A stretch of 64,000 bases of DNA from the IMG/VR virus record IMGVR_UViG_3300032105_000042, positions 15,693-79,692 of that record; one strand, given 5' to 3'. Position numbers and translations under genes: made by a program. Within the stretch, counting starts at the first letter, position 1; each line of letters opens with the position of its first letter. Below are positions 52,569 through 62,098 of the stretch, one piece after another. Under the pieces are notes generated by a model. It was not told the DNA's origin. It searched no databases and saw nothing but the letters and a program-made list of their open reading frames with translations. Source of the DNA: a virus.

Positions 52569-52983
52569 GTCACTATGCTCGCTGTAGCTTGTCTGGGCCG
52601 GGCCGGAGATCTTCAAGGCCGGGCCAGAAACTTTGGTGGGGATGCAGGGGAGCCCACTAGTACACTACGACCCGACAAAACGGCGCTAGGAACCTCTCGG
52701 AACCTGCCGGACCCTGCCGAGCCTCGCGGAACCTGCTGCCTGCCTACTGCCTACCCGGATTTCATCCTACTTCCGGGTCGTCTGTAACTCCCTGATACCA
52801 CTGGGTTTTCCCCGAGCAGGGCTGCGAACCCGACATGCTCAACCTGTCTGCCCCGACACGCTGTCCCCAGCCTGCGGCATGCTCAAGCAAAACCCCGACA
52901 GCACCTATGCCATCGGGGTATACAAACCCAGTATATAGGATGTCCCTTATAAACCGAACCAAACCAGAAGTAAAGACCTGATT

Positions 52984-53544
52984 TCAAACGACAACTGCCA
53001 GAGCATCCAGACCCTGGCGAAGAAGATCCAGATCAGTGAGGGCATCTCGCTCCAGTGTCCCTACTACAGCCTCCCTTACCCCGGCCGGACAGTCGCTCAG
53101 TATGTCGTACATCTGGTCGTAGTCCCTTCGTGCCTTCCCCATCCGACGCTGTGCCTCCTCGCTCAGGTCCTCTCCCGATGTTCTAGTACCTGCCGACGCT
53201 GTATCGACTGCGCTGACGTGACCGTGCTTGACCAGCATCCTCCGGTACCTCCTAGTCACCCAGTCGAGACGCTGAGCGGCTGCGTACTGGTACATGTTGA
53301 TCGCCCCAATGAGGTAGAGCCGTCCGAAGTGCCAGCCTGCCTCGTCTCTTGCCGCTAACCCTAACGCAACATCCCCCGGATAGACCCGGATGACCTCCGC
53401 CAGGGCATCGGCTCTACGTCTCAGCATGTACTTGCTGGGGCCCAGTCCGCCAGGCTCCCCAGTCCGAGCAGCTCGCGCCCGAGGAAGTCTCCCACTGCTT
53501 GTACGTTTGGAGGACTTTCGTGCTCTCTTCCTGTGCTTCTTCAC
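52984..53544 (-). CDS. Putative late-transcription regulator (DUF6456-like) with basic N-terminus
   Basis: FGRLYLIGAI...QY.AA pattern; upstream of terS. Confidence 0.45.
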   Translation of the reverse strand: MKKHRKRARKSSKRTSSGRLPRARAARTGEPGGLGPSKYMLRRRADALAEVIRVYPGDVALGLAARDEAGWHFGRLYLIGAINMYQYAAAQRLDWVTRRYRRMLVKHGHVSAVDTASAGTRTSGEDLSEEAQRRMGKARRDYDQMYDILSDCPAGVREAVVGTLERDALTDLDLLRQGLDALAVVV

Positions 53545-54098
53545 AATCCCCTCCTACTCTTCCTCACAACTCCTCCCACTGAACCACACTGAACCACACG
53601 CAGCTCAGCTACACTACACAGTCCACCCACACCTGATACTCCACCACAGCAGGACGTACAGCCCGACCACGTGGACGACCGCCAATGCTATCCACCCCCA
53701 CACCATAACTACTTACTTGCTCTCTTCCTGTGCTTCTTCACAATCCCCTCCTACTCCTACTCTGAAACTCCTCCTCTGACACCTAGCTTGCTCTCTTCCT
53801 ATGCTTCTTCATTTTACACGCTTGGAGGACTCTCTACCCCTCCTCCTGTGCTTCCTCACAACTCCTCCTCTGCCACCTCCCCACAACCCATCAACCCACT
53901 CAGCGAACCACCCTCAGCTTCCAGTCCGAACTCAACTCCCTCTCCAGGATCCTGTGCCGTCGGTGGGGATAGTAACGTCTAGAGTGCTCATCCTCATCCT
54001 ATGCTTCTTCACAACTCACCACACTTACCCCTCCCGAACTGACGCACTGCACTCCTGCCAACCCTCCTCCGACTCTTCTTCCTATGCTTCTTCCGCAA
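53521..54098 (-). repeat. Six dispersed copies of the RBS + (G/A/T)TG AAG AAG CAY AGG start, giving micro-ORFs beginning M(R)KKHR
   Basis: CCTRTGCTTCYTC on the + strand at 53530, 53727, 53798, 53845, 53998 and 54081. Confidence 0.8.
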
Positions 54099-54108
54099 CC
54101 CCTCCTGC

Positions 54109-54312
54109 TCACTCCTCGAGCTCCACCTCCACTATCATCCTGTCCGAGTGAGCACCGAGATGATTGGATGCCTCATCCTCACCCAGCTTGACAATAGCTC
54201 TCCTCCTGGTCCTGTATGCACTGAGCACCCTGGGATACGTCTTTCCTCTCAGGTGAACAACGTATATTACCACATGCACTCTCATCTCTACCTCCTCTCC
54301 CTTCTCCTCCAT
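54109..54312 (-). CDS. Small hypothetical protein
   Basis: Purine-rich RBS, tightly packed. Confidence 0.5.
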   Translation of the reverse strand: MEEKGEEVEMRVHVVIYVVHLRGKTYPRVLSAYRTRRRAIVKLGEDEASNHLGAHSDRMIVEVELEE

Positions 54313-54749
54313 CTACCCCAGACTACCCAGCAGACCCACTCGACTGCCCTCGCCAGCAGATCCACTAGCCTGGGAATACCCAGCTCGACAGCCACCACCA
54401 TCGCGAGGCTCCTCCATGCCCTCCTCAGCTCCCCCCGAGTGCCTCCTCCGTGGTGGCAGGACGACCTCCCTCTCCCAGTCTCTGGTCTCTCATCCTCCTG
54501 TCCTCCTTCTCTCCTGTCCAACCAGTCCGGCGTCCTCACCCTCTCGGGGTTGGCCCGCCTCCACCTGTGCATCGCCAGCGCGACCTCCGTGGCTCCCCTG
54601 ACCCTGTCGTCCGGTACCCCGGCCCTGGCGGCCAGCTGGGCCCAGTGGATCACCACGTCCTCGGCCAGCTCGTCCTGCGCCCTCAGCGTGAGGATCGGCT
54701 CGTCGTCGTCTGCCCTGTCGCGGCAGGGATCGTCGTGCTCAGTTGCCAT
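54288..54749 (-). CDS. Hypothetical protein
   Basis: DEPILTLRAQDELA..V..WA pattern seen in phage proteins; C-terminal part doubtful. Confidence 0.55.
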   Translation of the reverse strand: MATEHDDPCRDRADDDEPILTLRAQDELAEDVVIHWAQLAARAGVPDDRVRGATEVALAMHRWRRANPERVRTPDWLDRREGGQEDERPETGRGRSSCHHGGGTRGELRRAWRSLAMVVAVELGIPRLVDLLARAVEWVCWVVWGRWRRRERR

Positions 54750-54770
54750 GTCTAATCCTCTCCTTCTCTC

Positions 54771-55043
54771 CTACGAGTGGTGCCACCAGCGACCGATCCT
54801 GCCGACCACCGTGAGCAGCGCACCCAGTGGGAGGGCCAGCGCCACCACCACCATCGCCACCATGCCCCACGGCTCGCCCCACTGGTCCCCGAGGGTGAGT
54901 ATCACCACTGTCGATCCCACGCCCCCGTACAGCAGCACATCCCCCACGAGGATCATCACCTTCCACTTCTTTCCCGTCAGCTCCACGGTCCGGACTCGGT
55001 CCCCGTGCCACTCCGCCGGATGATCATCCTTCTGCACCATCAT
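54771..55043 (-). CDS. Two-TM membrane protein
   Basis: VELTGKKWK followed by two hydrophobic helices. Confidence 0.6.
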   Translation of the reverse strand: MMVQKDDHPAEWHGDRVRTVELTGKKWKVMILVGDVLLYGGVGSTVVILTLGDQWGEPWGMVAMVVVALALPLGALLTVVGRIGRWWHHS

Positions 55044-55253
55044 AGTCGCCTCCTCAGGAGCTCCAGCGCCCTGTCATACCCTGATATACACTCCCGGTGG
55101 TGAACTGCGTCCCCCACGTGCTCCGCGCTGGGTACGTACTCTGTCCCACTCTCCAGGAATTCCACCCACTCGACGTGCGTCTTCCTACACTCCTCCAGGA
55201 AGCGCAGTACCGACTCCCTCTCGTCGTCTGCCACCTCGTCTCTCCCTCCGTAA

Positions 55254-55535
55254 TTACCACGGAAACTTCCTACGAATGTGGACCGCAGCCCTGGCAAACG
55301 CGACGGCCGATGCCTCCTGATACAACAGACGCCGACGCACACGAAAGACGGCCCAGCCCCGGCGAGTCAGGAGACGCTCGGCCAGCTTGTTGAATACAAA
55401 GTCCTGGGCACAGTCTCTGCACCACTCCTCGGTGACCTCTACCCTGTCTCCGTAGAGCTTACGGAACCTCTCCCTCTCCCCCTCGTCAACGCCAGCCTGT
55501 TTCAGCATCTCTCCAGTAATCTCCACTGTGTTCAT
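55254..55535 (-). CDS. Hypothetical protein
   Basis: Starts 7 nt after the nrdJ stop with RBS AAGAGAG. Confidence 0.5.
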   Translation of the reverse strand: MNTVEITGEMLKQAGVDEGERERFRKLYGDRVEVTEEWCRDCAQDFVFNKLAERLLTRRGWAVFRVRRRLLYQEASAVAFARAAVHIRRKFPW

Positions 55536-55541
55536 CTCTCT

Positions 55542-58500
55542 TCACCCACAGTCCGAGTAGCCGCAGCTGCCGCAGGTCGCGCAGCCCTCCCGGTGATACA
55601 GCGTCGGGTTCTGGCACCGGGGGCAGATCTCGCCTGCCGGCGGTGCCTCCTCTTCCTCAACCTTCATCTCCGCGTCCTCCGGGTCCTGGGGGGACACGGC
55701 CTCCCCCTCATCCAGCAGACCGATCTTGAGGAAGTGCTGTCGGACCACGGAACCGATCATAGCGACCAGACTCGGCACGTACTTCCCCCCTATCCAGTGG
55801 CCACCCATGCTACCAGAGTGCACCTGCTCCAACTCCTCCAGGAGGAAGGTAACGTCACCTCCCCGCCGGAAGATGGCCGAGATCGTCCTGGTCAGCGCCG
55901 TGATCCACTCGTGGTGCTTGACCGACTTGGAGTTGATGAAGATCTCGAAGGGACGACGCTCTCCCCTCTCGTCCACGTAGTCGTTCATGGTGACATAGAA
56001 CGCCTGGTCGAGAGAAGGCCAGCGGACCTTGTAGGTGCAGCCGTCCAGCTCCGCCGGTCTGGAGGCAACCGGCTGGGCCTGGGGCTGGTCCTCCCCCTTC
56101 TCCTCGGGCACCGACATGACCGAGCCGCGCTCCGGGCTGGGCCTGTAGGTAGTGCATCCCTTGAGCCCCATGTCGTAGGCCATCCGGTACACGTCCTGGA
56201 AGTCCTCCAGGGTCATGTCCTCCGGGCAGTTGATGGTCTTGGAGATGGACGCGTCGATGTACTTCTGGCAGACCTCCTGCATGACTAGGTGGTCCTGGAC
56301 CGACAGCTCCAGCGCTGTCACCATGTAGTCCGGCAGCGAGTCCCACGCCAGCAGCTCGCCAGACTCACCAAACTTCCTCTGGTACAGGCGATATCCGTAG
56401 TCCTCGACGTGCTCGAACTCCTCGAGCGTCCCGTCGGCCTGCACTATCTTGCGCTGGTACCACCACGCGAAGGTTGGCTCCAGTCCTGAGGAGACGTTGC
56501 CGTAGTAGATGGAGGTCGTGCCCGTCGGCGCGATAGTCAGCAGCACACCGTTGCGGATCCCGTGGTCGTGGATCCCCCCTCGTATGAGCGTAGGCAGCGG
56601 CAGGACGAACTTACCCTCCAGATACTTGTCGCGATTGAACAGTGGAAATGGACCTCGCTCCTTGGCAAGGTCGATCGACGTGAGGTACGCAGTGTCCCTG
56701 ATAACGCGCATTATTTCCCCAGTTAGCAGGACGGCCTCCTCGCTACCGTATCGAGAGCACATCTGCTGAAGAAGGTTGCCGAGCCCGGTGATGCCGAGAC
56801 CAACTCGCCGCTTGCTCAGTGCCTCCTTCCTCTGCTCCTCCGTCGGGTACTGCGTCACGTCCAGGACGTTGTCGAGGAAGCGAACGCCTATCTGAGTTGT
56901 GTCCCTGACTAGATCCCACTTTACCTCGGCCTGCTCGGTGAAAGGATGCTCTACCATCACCGCCAGGTTGACGGCCCCGAGGTTGCAGTCGCCATTGGCC
57001 GGGAGAGGCTGCTCGCCGCAGTTGGAGACTAGGATACCCTCGTTCTCACCACACACCACGAAGAACCTTCCCGTCTCGCTCACAGTACCACAGTAGACGT
57101 CCTCCGTAGCATCCAACTCTAGAACCGAGACTACCTTGTGATTACCACCAAGGCGATCCATGACCATAGCTTTGCTACATCCAACCTCGTTAGCAATTGC
57201 CTGATAACTTAGACCTTCAGCACGGAGAGACACTAGTTTCTCAGTCTCTATATCATGTCTATAGTTGCCATTCTTCCCTCCAGAGAAGTCCTCATAGTGG
57301 AAGTGGTTCCTCTCCGGAAACCTACGCATAGGGTTCTGATCACCCATCATCTTCATAGCGTTGTGTTCCGACGCAGGAAGTATCTCGATGTTGTCTGGTC
57401 TATTATTCTTCCTGTCCTCATCCTTGTGATGCCCATGCTCCCTTGGATAGTCAGGCCGACGACCATGCTGATACTCACAGGCAACATAGTGCTCCATGAC
57501 AGTCTCGCAGGAGCCACGGAGAGCAATGTAGCCTTTCTGATTAGCCAACCCCCTGTAAACACTGCATATCCGCTGGCCAGCCACGAGACTTCCCGCCTGT
57601 ATTCTACGCCCATCAACCAGGAAGAATATGTGCTCGGGTGTGCACCGCACCCGAGTGACACTCTTGTAACGCTTCCCATTACCTCTAAACGTGACCTCTA
57701 CAAGATTAGCACGTCTGCGCGTCAAACGAGGGTTCTTCATCTCCCGATAAGCAAGATGTCCATCTTCTAACTGTGTCAGAACCAGGACCGACTTACGAGA
57801 ACGAGCAAGCTCATCAAACCTCCGTGGGCCATATGCTGTCCAAACTTTGCTATCTCCCGTCAGGCAAGGATTGGTGCAGTGTATTGTCTCTGTATACCAC
57901 AGGTTGTTCCACTGGTTAACGCGATCTATGAAGATCACGCCTGGCTCAGCATAATCATAGGTAGACTTAGTAATCAAATCCCAAAGATAGCGGGCCTCAT
58001 ATCGTTTATAAACATAGAAAGGAATATCATGGAAGTGATCACCGGGATCCACGACCTCCACGTGTTTCCCATCCGCGCGTGGCACCGAGAAGCCAAGATC
58101 CCACCCGAGATCATTCTCTACACAATACATAAAGGAATTGGTTACGAGGACAGAGACATTGAAGTTAGTGAGCCTCCCCTTCTCGTGTTTGGCCGTCACG
58201 AACTCCTCCAGGTCCGGGTGATCGCAGGAGAGTGTAGCCATCATGGCACCACGCCGCGACCCCGACGACATGATAGTGGCACACATGGAATTCCACATAT
58301 CCATGAACGGCAGCGGACCGGAGGAGGCAGAGCCGGTCCTACGTACCACGGCACCCCTTGGTCTCAGCGTTGAGAAGTCCATTCCGATACCCCCACCCAT
58401 CTGCTGCGTGTAGGCAGCCACGCTCAGCGCGTCCATTATCCCGGCGCTATGTCCGCCGTCCTCCTCCGTCGCCATGGAATCCTCGATCTCCGGGGCAACG

Positions 58501-58772
58501 AAGCAGTTGAGGAGTGTCACCCTCTTGTTCGTGCCAGCCCCCGCGTGGATACGACCCGCCGGGCACCACTCCCGGCGGTTCATGGAGTCCAGGGCACGCT
58601 GAGCATCCAGGCCATTTGGTCCATCCGAGTCATCATAGTACACGCCTAGCACTACCCGCTCGTTGCTCTCCTCGGGGCTCCCCTCAGTCGAGGAGCCGTC
58701 CGGCTGCTTCCAGCGGTACTTCTCGTCCCACACAAACCTAACTATGGGCTGATCGTAAACCTCCGACATCAC
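55542..58772 (-). CDS. nrdJ: Class II (B12-dependent) ribonucleotide reductase with an intein and C-terminal TSCPD/Zn-ribbon domains
   Basis: PAGRIHAGAG, TLLNCFV, GGGIGMDFS.LRP, RRGAMM, NP[intein]CGEQPL, TIAPTGT, IDASISKTIN, KGCTTYR. Confidence 0.93.
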   Translation of the reverse strand: MMSEVYDQPIVRFVWDEKYRWKQPDGSSTEGSPEESNERVVLGVYYDDSDGPNGLDAQRALDSMNRREWCPAGRIHAGAGTNKRVTLLNCFVAPEIEDSMATEEDGGHSAGIMDALSVAAYTQQMGGGIGMDFSTLRPRGAVVRRTGSASSGPLPFMDMWNSMCATIMSSGSRRGAMMATLSCDHPDLEEFVTAKHEKGRLTNFNVSVLVTNSFMYCVENDLGWDLGFSVPRADGKHVEVVDPGDHFHDIPFYVYKRYEARYLWDLITKSTYDYAEPGVIFIDRVNQWNNLWYTETIHCTNPCLTGDSKVWTAYGPRRFDELARSRKSVLVLTQLEDGHLAYREMKNPRLTRRRANLVEVTFRGNGKRYKSVTRVRCTPEHIFFLVDGRRIQAGSLVAGQRICSVYRGLANQKGYIALRGSCETVMEHYVACEYQHGRRPDYPREHGHHKDEDRKNNRPDNIEILPASEHNAMKMMGDQNPMRRFPERNHFHYEDFSGGKNGNYRHDIETEKLVSLRAEGLSYQAIANEVGCSKAMVMDRLGGNHKVVSVLELDATEDVYCGTVSETGRFFVVCGENEGILVSNCGEQPLPANGDCNLGAVNLAVMVEHPFTEQAEVKWDLVRDTTQIGVRFLDNVLDVTQYPTEEQRKEALSKRRVGLGITGLGNLLQQMCSRYGSEEAVLLTGEIMRVIRDTAYLTSIDLAKERGPFPLFNRDKYLEGKFVLPLPTLIRGGIHDHGIRNGVLLTIAPTGTTSIYYGNVSSGLEPTFAWWYQRKIVQADGTLEEFEHVEDYGYRLYQRKFGESGELLAWDSLPDYMVTALELSVQDHLVMQEVCQKYIDASISKTINCPEDMTLEDFQDVYRMAYDMGLKGCTTYRPSPERGSVMSVPEEKGEDQPQAQPVASRPAELDGCTYKVRWPSLDQAFYVTMNDYVDERGERRPFEIFINSKSVKHHEWITALTRTISAIFRRGGDVTFLLEELEQVHSGSMGGHWIGGKYVPSLVAMIGSVVRQHFLKIGLLDEGEAVSPQDPEDAEMKVEEEEAPPAGEICPRCQNPTLYHREGCATCGSCGYSDCG
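57021..57866 (-). mobile_element. Intein (282 aa) carrying an HNH homing endonuclease
   Basis: Starts CLTGDSKV, ends EDVYCGTV...FFV...ILVSN followed by +1 Cys; internal EHYVA..HGHHKDEDRKNNRPDNI and HTH. Confidence 0.92.
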
Positions 58773-59594
58773 TTATTTACCTTTATTCCACTGCACCCAT
58801 AAATCACACAACAATCGCTTAGCCATATACCGACGCGCTCGATTGTGCAGATGACCCTTTGGCATATCGGGATACCGCGCTTCGTCCTTGCTCCGATACT
58901 CATCGTACACGACGCGATACGGACCAGGTACTTCACCTTTGGATTGGTGCATGAACAAACTATCTGAGATAGACCACAAGACTGCGTGTCTCGCTGGGTT
59001 GTAGCCATGTTCTTTTGCAGCAGCTCCTCTCACCTTCCGCTGGCGCGTTCCATCTGGCATCACTGCTACACCCATTCGCTTCCAGACACGCGACGTCGTC
59101 GCGTAATTGGATAGATCACCACACTCGCCAACGATCCCAAACAAGCCGAGTAAATTCAGACCGTAGACTGAACACCACCAGTCCGCCGCCGGAAGACGTG
59201 CCACAAGAAGGCAACCCTTTTTCTCAACCTCTTTTCGTGCACTGCGAACGGGACCAAGACCGACCAAGAAAAGCTTATTGACGACAAGGGCCTCAGCCAG
59301 TAGTGGGTGAGCACCCCGTTTTGACATCATCGCCTTGTAGAGCTTTGTCCCTTCCATCTTGTTGCCATCGCACAGTCGCCGACAACGGGCCTTGATCCTA
59401 AGAACACGCGATTTCTCTTCTTTGTGATAATCCTGACGCTCGCGCCACAACTCGATGACTTGGGCGATGAGGTCAGCAAGCAGCGCTTGGGTACCACAAG
59501 CCAAATGGCCAACCTCATCACCCATAGTGGCGTTGACATACCGAACATAGGTTTCAAAGGGTGCCTGGTCCACGCCACTATTTCTAGGAGTCAT
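58773..59594 (-). CDS. IS110/IS116-transposase-related protein lacking the N-terminal RuvC (DEDD) domain
   Basis: Coiled coil, then GLNLLGLFGIVGECGDLSNY.....VWKRMG, GYNP.R, YR.VYD, HNRARRYMAKRLL.DLW. Confidence 0.65.
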   Translation of the reverse strand: MTPRNSGVDQAPFETYVRYVNATMGDEVGHLACGTQALLADLIAQVIELWRERQDYHKEEKSRVLRIKARCRRLCDGNKMEGTKLYKAMMSKRGAHPLLAEALVVNKLFLVGLGPVRSARKEVEKKGCLLVARLPAADWWCSVYGLNLLGLFGIVGECGDLSNYATTSRVWKRMGVAVMPDGTRQRKVRGAAAKEHGYNPARHAVLWSISDSLFMHQSKGEVPGPYRVVYDEYRSKDEARYPDMPKGHLHNRARRYMAKRLLCDLWVQWNKGK

Positions 59595-59671
59595 TCTCAG
59601 TTTCCTTCTGGATCTCTCGCAGCTTTGACTCGTTGTATACTTTGCCGACACGTTTGCGTGGCGGAAGCCTA

Positions 59672-60079
59672 TTAAGCACGGCACCTAGAAAACCGCGCTT
59701 TGTGTGCCATATCGTCGGCAGATTCGGAGTAGAACCGTATGGCCTCAACAAGATCAGGCTTACGAGCATCGCACAACCGAATATTACCTGGGATCGGTAA
59801 TGGAAACTCTAGCAGCTCCGCCTTGGCATGAGTTCTAAGCCGTCCACCTCTGCTAGTCTTGTCGAACTTCCGTCGTGTCCAGATTACGGAACGTACGCCA
59901 CGATAAAACTCCCGAATAAGATAATGGCAACGTTCTTCAACAACAGGCTCCATGACAAGATGATAAAGATGTTCATCTGATTTGACAGCTTTTGCTAAAA
60001 GCAACGACGGCTCCCCACCTCTCGTTTTGGCATCTTTAATAGCACGCCTTATTGCTTGATCTACGACTTCATGTTTCAT
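59672..60079 (-). CDS. Hypothetical partner gene of the IS110-like protein
   Basis: LLEFPLP, A.RFY...A.DMAHKARF; shares the lower-GC codon style of the neighbour. Confidence 0.55.
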   Translation of the reverse strand: MKHEVVDQAIRRAIKDAKTRGGEPSLLLAKAVKSDEHLYHLVMEPVVEERCHYLIREFYRGVRSVIWTRRKFDKTSRGGRLRTHAKAELLEFPLPIPGNIRLCDARKPDLVEAIRFYSESADDMAHKARFSRCRA

Positions 60080-60082
60080 CAG

Positions 60083-60526
60083 TTATCTCCTATCCTCCTG
60101 TCTCAACCGATCCCGAACTCTCATCAAAATCCTGCCGAGATGGTTCTCACCCTTACCATTGCATACACCCCAAAAGTCGTCGCCCCACCAGTTACCCTCG
60201 ACTAGCTCCTCGTCCTTCGTCCTGAGCAGCTTCACAGCGAGACGCCTATCTCCGGAGAACTTCAGCCAGACTAGATCCGCCATGATACCCAGCTTGATCC
60301 TCTCCCAGCTAGGTCGGAGTTCCAACCTCCTCCCAAACATCTTGGCCGCGCCCGGAGTCGGTGTATCACGGACAACGATACGGAGAGCCTCATCCAGCGT
60401 CTTAGCTGCCTGGAAGGCATGCTCGACAGTAGGATAGCAGACGCCCTCGTACTCAACAGGGGCACCGTAGAAATTCGACAGGAACCTATACCGTTCAGTA
60501 AAGCTGCTGATCATAGCTTCACCCAC
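60083..60526 (-). CDS. NADAR family protein (YbiA/DUF1768)
   Basis: FLSNFY, YPTVEHAFQAAK, W...K..IM......KF, LVEGN.WGD.FWG.....GENHLGRILM. Confidence 0.93.
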   Translation of the reverse strand: MGEAMISSFTERYRFLSNFYGAPVEYEGVCYPTVEHAFQAAKTLDEALRIVVRDTPTPGAAKMFGRRLELRPSWERIKLGIMADLVWLKFSGDRRLAVKLLRTKDEELVEGNWWGDDFWGVCNGKGENHLGRILMRVRDRLRQEDRR

Positions 60527-60792
60527 TAATACCTACGCTGAAACAACAGGACAGTCCACACCACCGAGACCAACGAAGTAGCAGCCATCGATAGCCAGAG
60601 ATCCAGAGACCAGAAAACAAAAGCAAGCCCACCTAACAATACAGCCGTAGAGCCACAGGTCCAGCGGCTGGGCTTCTCCCGACCAAAGACCGACGGGAGC
60701 AGTGCCAGCGAGAAGCAGAACTGTATCACCAGCACTAGGTATTCCTGCCAAATCACGTCGACTTGTCGCGAATGCGCTCCAGAACATCCCAC
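60526..60792 (-). CDS. Small multi-TM protein (PQ-loop-like)
   Basis: Three hydrophobic segments, ALLPSV. Confidence 0.5.
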   Translation of the reverse strand: MGCSGAHSRQVDVIWQEYLVLVIQFCFSLALLPSVFGREKPSRWTCGSTAVLLGGLAFVFWSLDLWLSMAATSLVSVVWTVLLFQRRY

Positions 60793-60989
60793 TGCTTCTC
60801 ACTAACAGAGAGACTACGACCATACTTCTCAAACCTCTCGGTCATGTCGTTCACGAAGCTCTCCTCCCACTCGGTCAAGTCCTCCGTCGCCATCTGTGCC
60901 TTTGATAGGATCCAGTCCAGCCGCTTGGCCTCGCGCTGGTCCATCATATCCAGGCCCACCCAAGCATGATACTGACACCGTGCACCCAC
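60753..60989 (-). CDS. Small hypothetical protein
   Basis: LTEWEESFV..M...F......S.SEKQ..VLERI. Confidence 0.6.
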   Translation of the reverse strand: MGARCQYHAWVGLDMMDQREAKRLDWILSKAQMATEDLTEWEESFVNDMTERFEKYGRSLSVSEKQWDVLERIRDKST

Positions 60990-61162
60990 GCAACTACCAT
61001 AGTGAGAAGACCAATGACCAGCAGCGCGGTTGCGATGACCGTCTTGTCAGCCAGCTCTATGTACCAGACGATGTGCTGACTTATCGGCGCTGCCACAAGG
61101 ATGACCAAGAGTGCCCGGGATCCCATCCTGATCGACCACTCGTGAAACTCTTCGCTAGTCAC
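60944..61162 (-). CDS. Small membrane protein
   Basis: Two hydrophobic helices. Confidence 0.5.
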   Translation of the reverse strand: MTSEEFHEWSIRMGSRALLVILVAAPISQHIVWYIELADKTVIATALLVIGLLTMVVAWVHGVSIMLGWAWI

Positions 61163-61373
61163 CGACCTGCTCCTCGAGCTCTAATTTTATTCTCTTGACG
61201 TTCGCCTCTGACAGAGCCTCGAAGTCGGTCGCACCCTCACCCTTGACGGCACGATCATCCTTGACGAATAGCCAGAACGTGCCAAACTTGCCGTCTAAGT
61301 TATAGTCGTTGTGCGCCGCCACCATCCAGCCTGCCTGGCGCATGCTCCTAAGTAAGTTGTCGAACAAGCTCAC
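61155..61373 (-). CDS. Small hypothetical protein
   Basis: GWMVAAHNDYNLDG...TFWLF..D.RAVKGEG. Confidence 0.6.
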   Translation of the reverse strand: MSLFDNLLRSMRQAGWMVAAHNDYNLDGKFGTFWLFVKDDRAVKGEGATDFEALSEANVKRIKLELEEQVGD

Positions 61374-61564
61374 GGTCGCACCTCAGAGCCCAGCAGGGTC
61401 GGCACCGACACCACCCACTGTCCCAACGAGACCGTCGAGTCCGCGACGGCGACGCGCTCTAATCCCTTCAAAGAAACGACTCTAATAGTAGCTATTGAGA
61501 TATGCATGACGTAATTACCTCGAACATCTATTTATAGGTTGGGGACACCGGGCCACCATTCCCA

Positions 61565-62098
61565 CTAGGGTGTTAGATCACCAGTACCAGCCGGGGCGTT
61601 AACATCTCTTCCGGCCACCGCTGTAGTGCTAATCCTACCTAGCCACACCTTGAAGCACTCGTCACCCCAGGCCAGTACCTCCCCACCCGGCCTGAGGAGC
61701 CGCTCGGCCTTTTGCCGGAAGGCCAGATACTCCTGGAGATACTGGGGAGCTATGTCCAGCCAGATGTCCCCGATCACGCAGTCGAACCTGGGACCCTCCA
61801 CCAGGTCGAAGAAGTTGGACACCTCGATCTGGCCGTGCAGCACCCCGAAGACCCGGCGACACTCCTCTGGGACACCGGGACATATCTCCACGGTGAGCAC
61901 GGAGTTCACGTCCAAGTTCTTCAACAGCTCCGCCTGAACCAGCCCCAAGCCGTACCCGGCCACCAGCACTTCCCCGTGGGCTCGGCTAGCGAGTGCTTCC
62001 ATCACCAGGCGCTCACCGGGCAGATCCCACATCCAGCACTCCCCGTCCACCCACAGGAAGTGATAGCCACACTGCGTCAGTATCTTAGCCTCAGTCAT
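61565..62098 (-). CDS. Class I SAM-binding protein, spermidine-synthase-like
   Basis: GEVLVAGYGLG, VLTVEI, FDCVIGDIW. Confidence 0.75.
   Translation of the reverse strand: MTEAKILTQCGYHFLWVDGECWMWDLPGERLVMEALASRAHGEVLVAGYGLGLVQAELLKNLDVNSVLTVEICPGVPEECRRVFGVLHGQIEVSNFFDLVEGPRFDCVIGDIWLDIAPQYLQEYLAFRQKAERLLRPGGEVLAWGDECFKVWLGRISTTAVAGRDVNAPAGTGDLTP

Noticed and set aside
52620-52760. Short GGA(A/C)CCTGC repeats upstream of terS as a pac/cos site
   Set aside because: Only three or four degenerate 9-mers with no clear symmetry; insufficient without end-mapping data.
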